A stretch of 64,000 nucleotides of DNA from Balanoglossus misakiensis. Lineage: Eukaryota; Animalia; Hemichordata. The notes beneath the pieces are model-generated. The model saw only the letters and a program-made list of their open reading frames with translations, searched no databases and was not told the DNA's origin. The position numbers and the translations under genes were made by a program. The DNA is taken from positions 4,530,110 to 4,594,109 of the forward strand of contig CM082584.2 in assembly GCA_040954595.2 (NCBI GenBank), in the 5' to 3' direction. How positions within the stretch are numbered: position 1 is the stretch's first letter; each line of letters opens with the position of its first letter. Shown in pieces: positions 60,148 through 64,000 of the stretch.

Positions 60148-63100
60148 ATGGAACTGCAAATCAAGACTCCAATTTTTCAAGACCAAGAAATTCAGTGCAT
60201 TGTGACCGACAGTCCACACCGAGCTCGTCACAGTGATGGCAATGTCAAGGTCCATGTGGAAGAAGTGGACATCCCAGAAAAAATGCCTCTTTGTCACCAT
60301 TTATCAAGTAAGTTGTATCAGTTTTTTTCTGGGGGATGTTGTACATGTTACCTGCAACCGTACACTTCAACATGCTAGCTATGAACACTGTGAATTTGGA
60401 GCTGTACGTCACAATAACCTGCACTGAGATGATAATTCTCATATGACACATATATGAACAGGATTTAGGGATTTTCTTCTCACCTTTTCACCATTGTGTT
60501 TTTTTCCAAATCCATTGTCTGTGGTAAAGTTGGACCTCTAGGGAGGTAAATGGGGTGATAGGTTAAACCATAGACCCATTACTTCCATTCTGAGTCTGCA
60601 TAGATTCATCTGCTGTTGACAGAATGTTTAAAAGATATTTTGCATCTTTGTCTTGAAGGCCGACGATCATCTTATGCATGTGTGAGTAATTTCGTGTGTA
60701 CGAACATTACGTCCAATGCTAATGTTTTTTCGAATTTTGCATTCAACGCATTCAAATAGTGGACTGCCTTTGCTTCCTTCCATATTTGGGCCATTCCAAG
60801 CAGAAAGGGGTCTTATGGTCATAATGTGCTCCCATAAGACACCTTTCTACTTGGGATGGCCCATTTCATATGCTCTGTATAAGCAGATTTAAGTTTTGTC
60901 CCTTCTTTTCACTCAATTTTCCCCGGTCTCCGACACAAGCTATGGTAGCCGCCATCTTGTCTGTTAGGACAGCACACTGCCTTATGGCATTGACTGTATA
61001 CAATTTTTGTTACCAGAGTTTCAGGTTTGACACTTGAGCATAAGATGATTCAGTCGCCCTTTAATGGTGGGAAAATTTTATAATTTATGAGTGGAGGTGT
61101 GATTTTCATGGCAGCACTCAAGGGCAAGCTCTGAGCATCCTTTCCTCCAAAAATCTGTTATTAAACCACTATACAGAATTTTCTAAACTTCAGACAGTGT
61201 TCGTTTGAAATACACTTTGGTTACTTCATCAACTTGTATGGAGCGTATCTCATCTTAGAACCTCAAATTCCATAGATCAATATTTTGCATCTGTTTGATA
61301 TAATAGTACAGTGTAGAAGTTCTACTTTGTGTGAAGGTGAGGGAGGCAGGGTCATTATGTTTTGGTGCCAGAACATGATGGCAACATTCGTGGCCAATAT
61401 ACGGTACATGTATTCATAGCTGTCCAGGGATGATTTTATCCACAAAGCTCTATTTGAAGTTAACTAGTACCTGCAGATTTTATGCTTACAAAATACCTCC
61501 TTGTTAATCGAATGTTTTCAGCAGTGGTGTTCGGGTATTTTTACTCTTTTTAATTGAAACCAGCGTATGGAGAAAATAATTAATATGTACTGCAACCTTG
61601 CAATGTACTTATTGAGTGAATAAAGTTGTATTATGCTGAAAGCCCGATGGGAGCTAATAAATCATTAGCATATTTAACAGGCTTCTGGAATTCGATAAGG
61701 CAGCTGGGTTAATCTGTTGTCAGTTGTGGCCAAATTCCACTCTTATTGGTCGATATGAAAATTTGTCATATAGCATGTGTTAATTTTAATCCGTCCTTGT
61801 GAATTTTATCATTCTTTTTTTCTGATTTTTGTTGTGTTCTTATGCATATAATGACTAAATGTATCAGCTGTTTTTTCCTTTTTGAACATAGCAGTGGGAT
61901 GGTGATTTGAACTTTGATGCTAAATTGGGTGAAGTTCATTTGTATTAAAAAGCCAAAAAGTTTACTTTAATTTACTAGTGGGATTGTATAAATTGCCTCA
62001 TTTATTCAGTATTTTAAAGGGTGTACATACTTCAATTATATGAGTGGAAAGGGTTTATATGAACGCTTTAGGTGTGCCCTGGAGATATCATTTTACAAAT
62101 TCTGTTGTCACTGTTCAGAAAAGTTTATGAATTCAAGTCTCTATGATAAATACTGTAAAACAGGAAATTTTCGCAACAGGAAATTTTCGTACGGGAGGAT
62201 TAATTTTGGCATTCTTGTATTTCACTAACTGCATCGTTATCTTCAAAAACATTTTACGCAACATTTTGTTTTAACGTTTTTTGGCTGTCGTTAAGTTCAT
62301 GAAAATTTATCGTTTGCGAAAATTTCCCGTTTTACAGTAGATCATATAAGATGTTTTGCAATTTTTTTAGTTAAATGGAATCCTCCCAAAAGGGCAGTTG
62401 ATAGCCCTGGATGGAAAGGTGATATACCATCAGATGATGTAGATGAAACTGCTCATGCTCATCACCACTTGTTGGATGTCGTTGCCCTGGATACCAGTGA
62501 CCTGCATACACCTGCAGGATATGAGAACACAACACATGGAAGTAAGTTAAATTTGCTGTCTGATGTATGTGTATAATGTGTGTTCAATTGTATGTATGTA
62601 TGGTGAACATTTTTAGCCCAGACTGATTTTCTGATTGCTGTATATAAAGTGTAATTATATATGCAGTTTCCTAGGGGTGATGTAAATCAGAATTTCAGTC
62701 CCTACAATGTCCATTGTCACTATCAGCTAGCGTGCCAGTTGGCATGATTTTACAGAAATAGAAAAACTACCAGTTCTTTGATCTGGTGCACTTCAGTCCT
62801 ATATGCCGTTGAATTGCAGGGTCCTAGTTGTGACCTCACAATAATGTGCTAAAATTATGGTGTACATGTAAATATAACCATAATATCTAAGAGTCCAGAT
62901 GAAATGGGACCATATAGTGTCTTTGATACCTTCTTCATCTTTATTCTTCAGGACCTTCCATTGTGCCACCTCCAAGTCATGACCACAACGCTGACAACCA
63001 AGAGGATCATGAATTTGACGAGTAGGTTGTTGATCAGTTATACCACAAGTAGAAATGTTAATCGTCACAAGCAAGTAGTATTGTATGATTGTTGTCACTC

Positions 63101-63835
63101 ATAAACCCCTGTACCCCCAATTTCCCAGTAAGAATGTATCAGAAGAATGGACTATTGATGATTTTTATACACTTTTATGAGCACTTAATTATCCTGCATA
63201 TTTTTCGCTCCCTGGCATTTTTATAGAATAATCTATAAATGTTATTGATCGGTTTTGAACATGCACCTTGATAAGCGATGTGCCCTCTGACAAACATAAT
63301 TTTTAAAAAGGTTGGAGTCAATTTGAGGATTTCTGAAAATTTCTCTGAGTCAGCCCTATACCTTTGCATGTAGTGCGGATAATTTTCTTGAGTCACCAGT
63401 GAGTTTGTTGAGTCAGTGGCGTGTCACATGGTCTTATAGGGCACGCTGATGATATGTGTACTTAGGCCAAAATAAAAAATATGTGCCGTTTTAACCCGCC
63501 GACCCTAAACTTTTAAGAGCCTTCGTAAACCTGGAAGTAAAAACAACGATGTGAAATATACTATGACGTAATATTTCAACACTATGGCGGCCAGAGAAAT
63601 AAAAAAAATTATTGTATTTTTGAAACCATGTAATCGGAACAGCACATATCATTTTTTTGGCCTTAAAGTGTACTTCTAGCTAGCCCCTGTTTCTTCTCCT
63701 CCAAGTGTTACAGGCGTCAGTGAAGAGGAAGCCAGAAGCTTACTCTTAAATTACGTCATTGATCACTGTTGCTATGGTAAAGCAGTTGCTAATGATATGC
63801 ATATCACAACTATCCAGGAGAGCCATTCTTTATAT
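60148..63835 (+). CDS. SSUH2: SSUH2-like protein, 5' exons (gene continues beyond the window)
   Basis: Exons 60148-60307, 62371-62541, 62952-63021, 63706-63835 join in frame; AGYEN..PPP followed by VSEEEARSLLLNYVIDHCCYGKAVANDMHI matches the SSUH2-family N-terminal motif (SEEEAR..LL..V...CCYG). Confidence 0.75.
62151..62339. mobile_element. MITE family D copy
   Basis: TA|CTGTAAAACAGGAAATTTTCGCAA...TTGCGAAAATTTCCCGTTTTACAG|TA. Confidence 0.75.
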
Positions 63836-64000
63836 GTAAGTATTATCATAATTTTGTTGCTTTTGTGATATATACCGGTAGATGATACCAAGATTTGTAT
63901 TAATACTTTTATATTACCGGTATTTTGATGTTCCGAATGCAATGGGTCAGTGGCCTTTTATGCAATAAATATTATTAAAAGCAATTTGTCATCTACAATT

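Overview
AT-rich, intron-rich animal genomic DNA; a marine invertebrate, possibly a deuterostome, is my inference from gene sequences and repeat style. Protein-coding content read from splice sites and frames: a long-form cAMP phosphodiesterase PDE4 (+, core exons 10394-18052, with two candidate alternative first exons at 2768 and 9289), ANKRD13C (-, 25277-34513, 11 exons), an intronless TFIIIC subunit GTF3C5 (+, 43760-45064), a cystathionine gamma-lyase family gene with altered substrate-binding residues (-, 47002-52701, 8 exons) and the 5' part of an SSUH2-like gene (+, from 60148, running off the window). The stand-out feature is a full-length, apparently intact ~5.9 kb Tx1-clade non-LTR retrotransposon (ORF1 with CCHC knuckles plus two unusual C-terminal C2H2-like fingers; ORF2 APE-RT). 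It is inserted in sense orientation inside a U2 snRNA gene at the branch-point recognition region, the site class known for Keno and Utopia elements. It has no poly(A) tail and no clean TSD, and its 3' terminus resembles a degenerate copy of the U2 target. Introns and intergenic DNA carry many MITE families (TTAA-, TA-, 8 bp- and ~9 bp-TSD types), hairpins and microsatellites. All coordinates were read by eye and may be off by a few bases; no database search was run.
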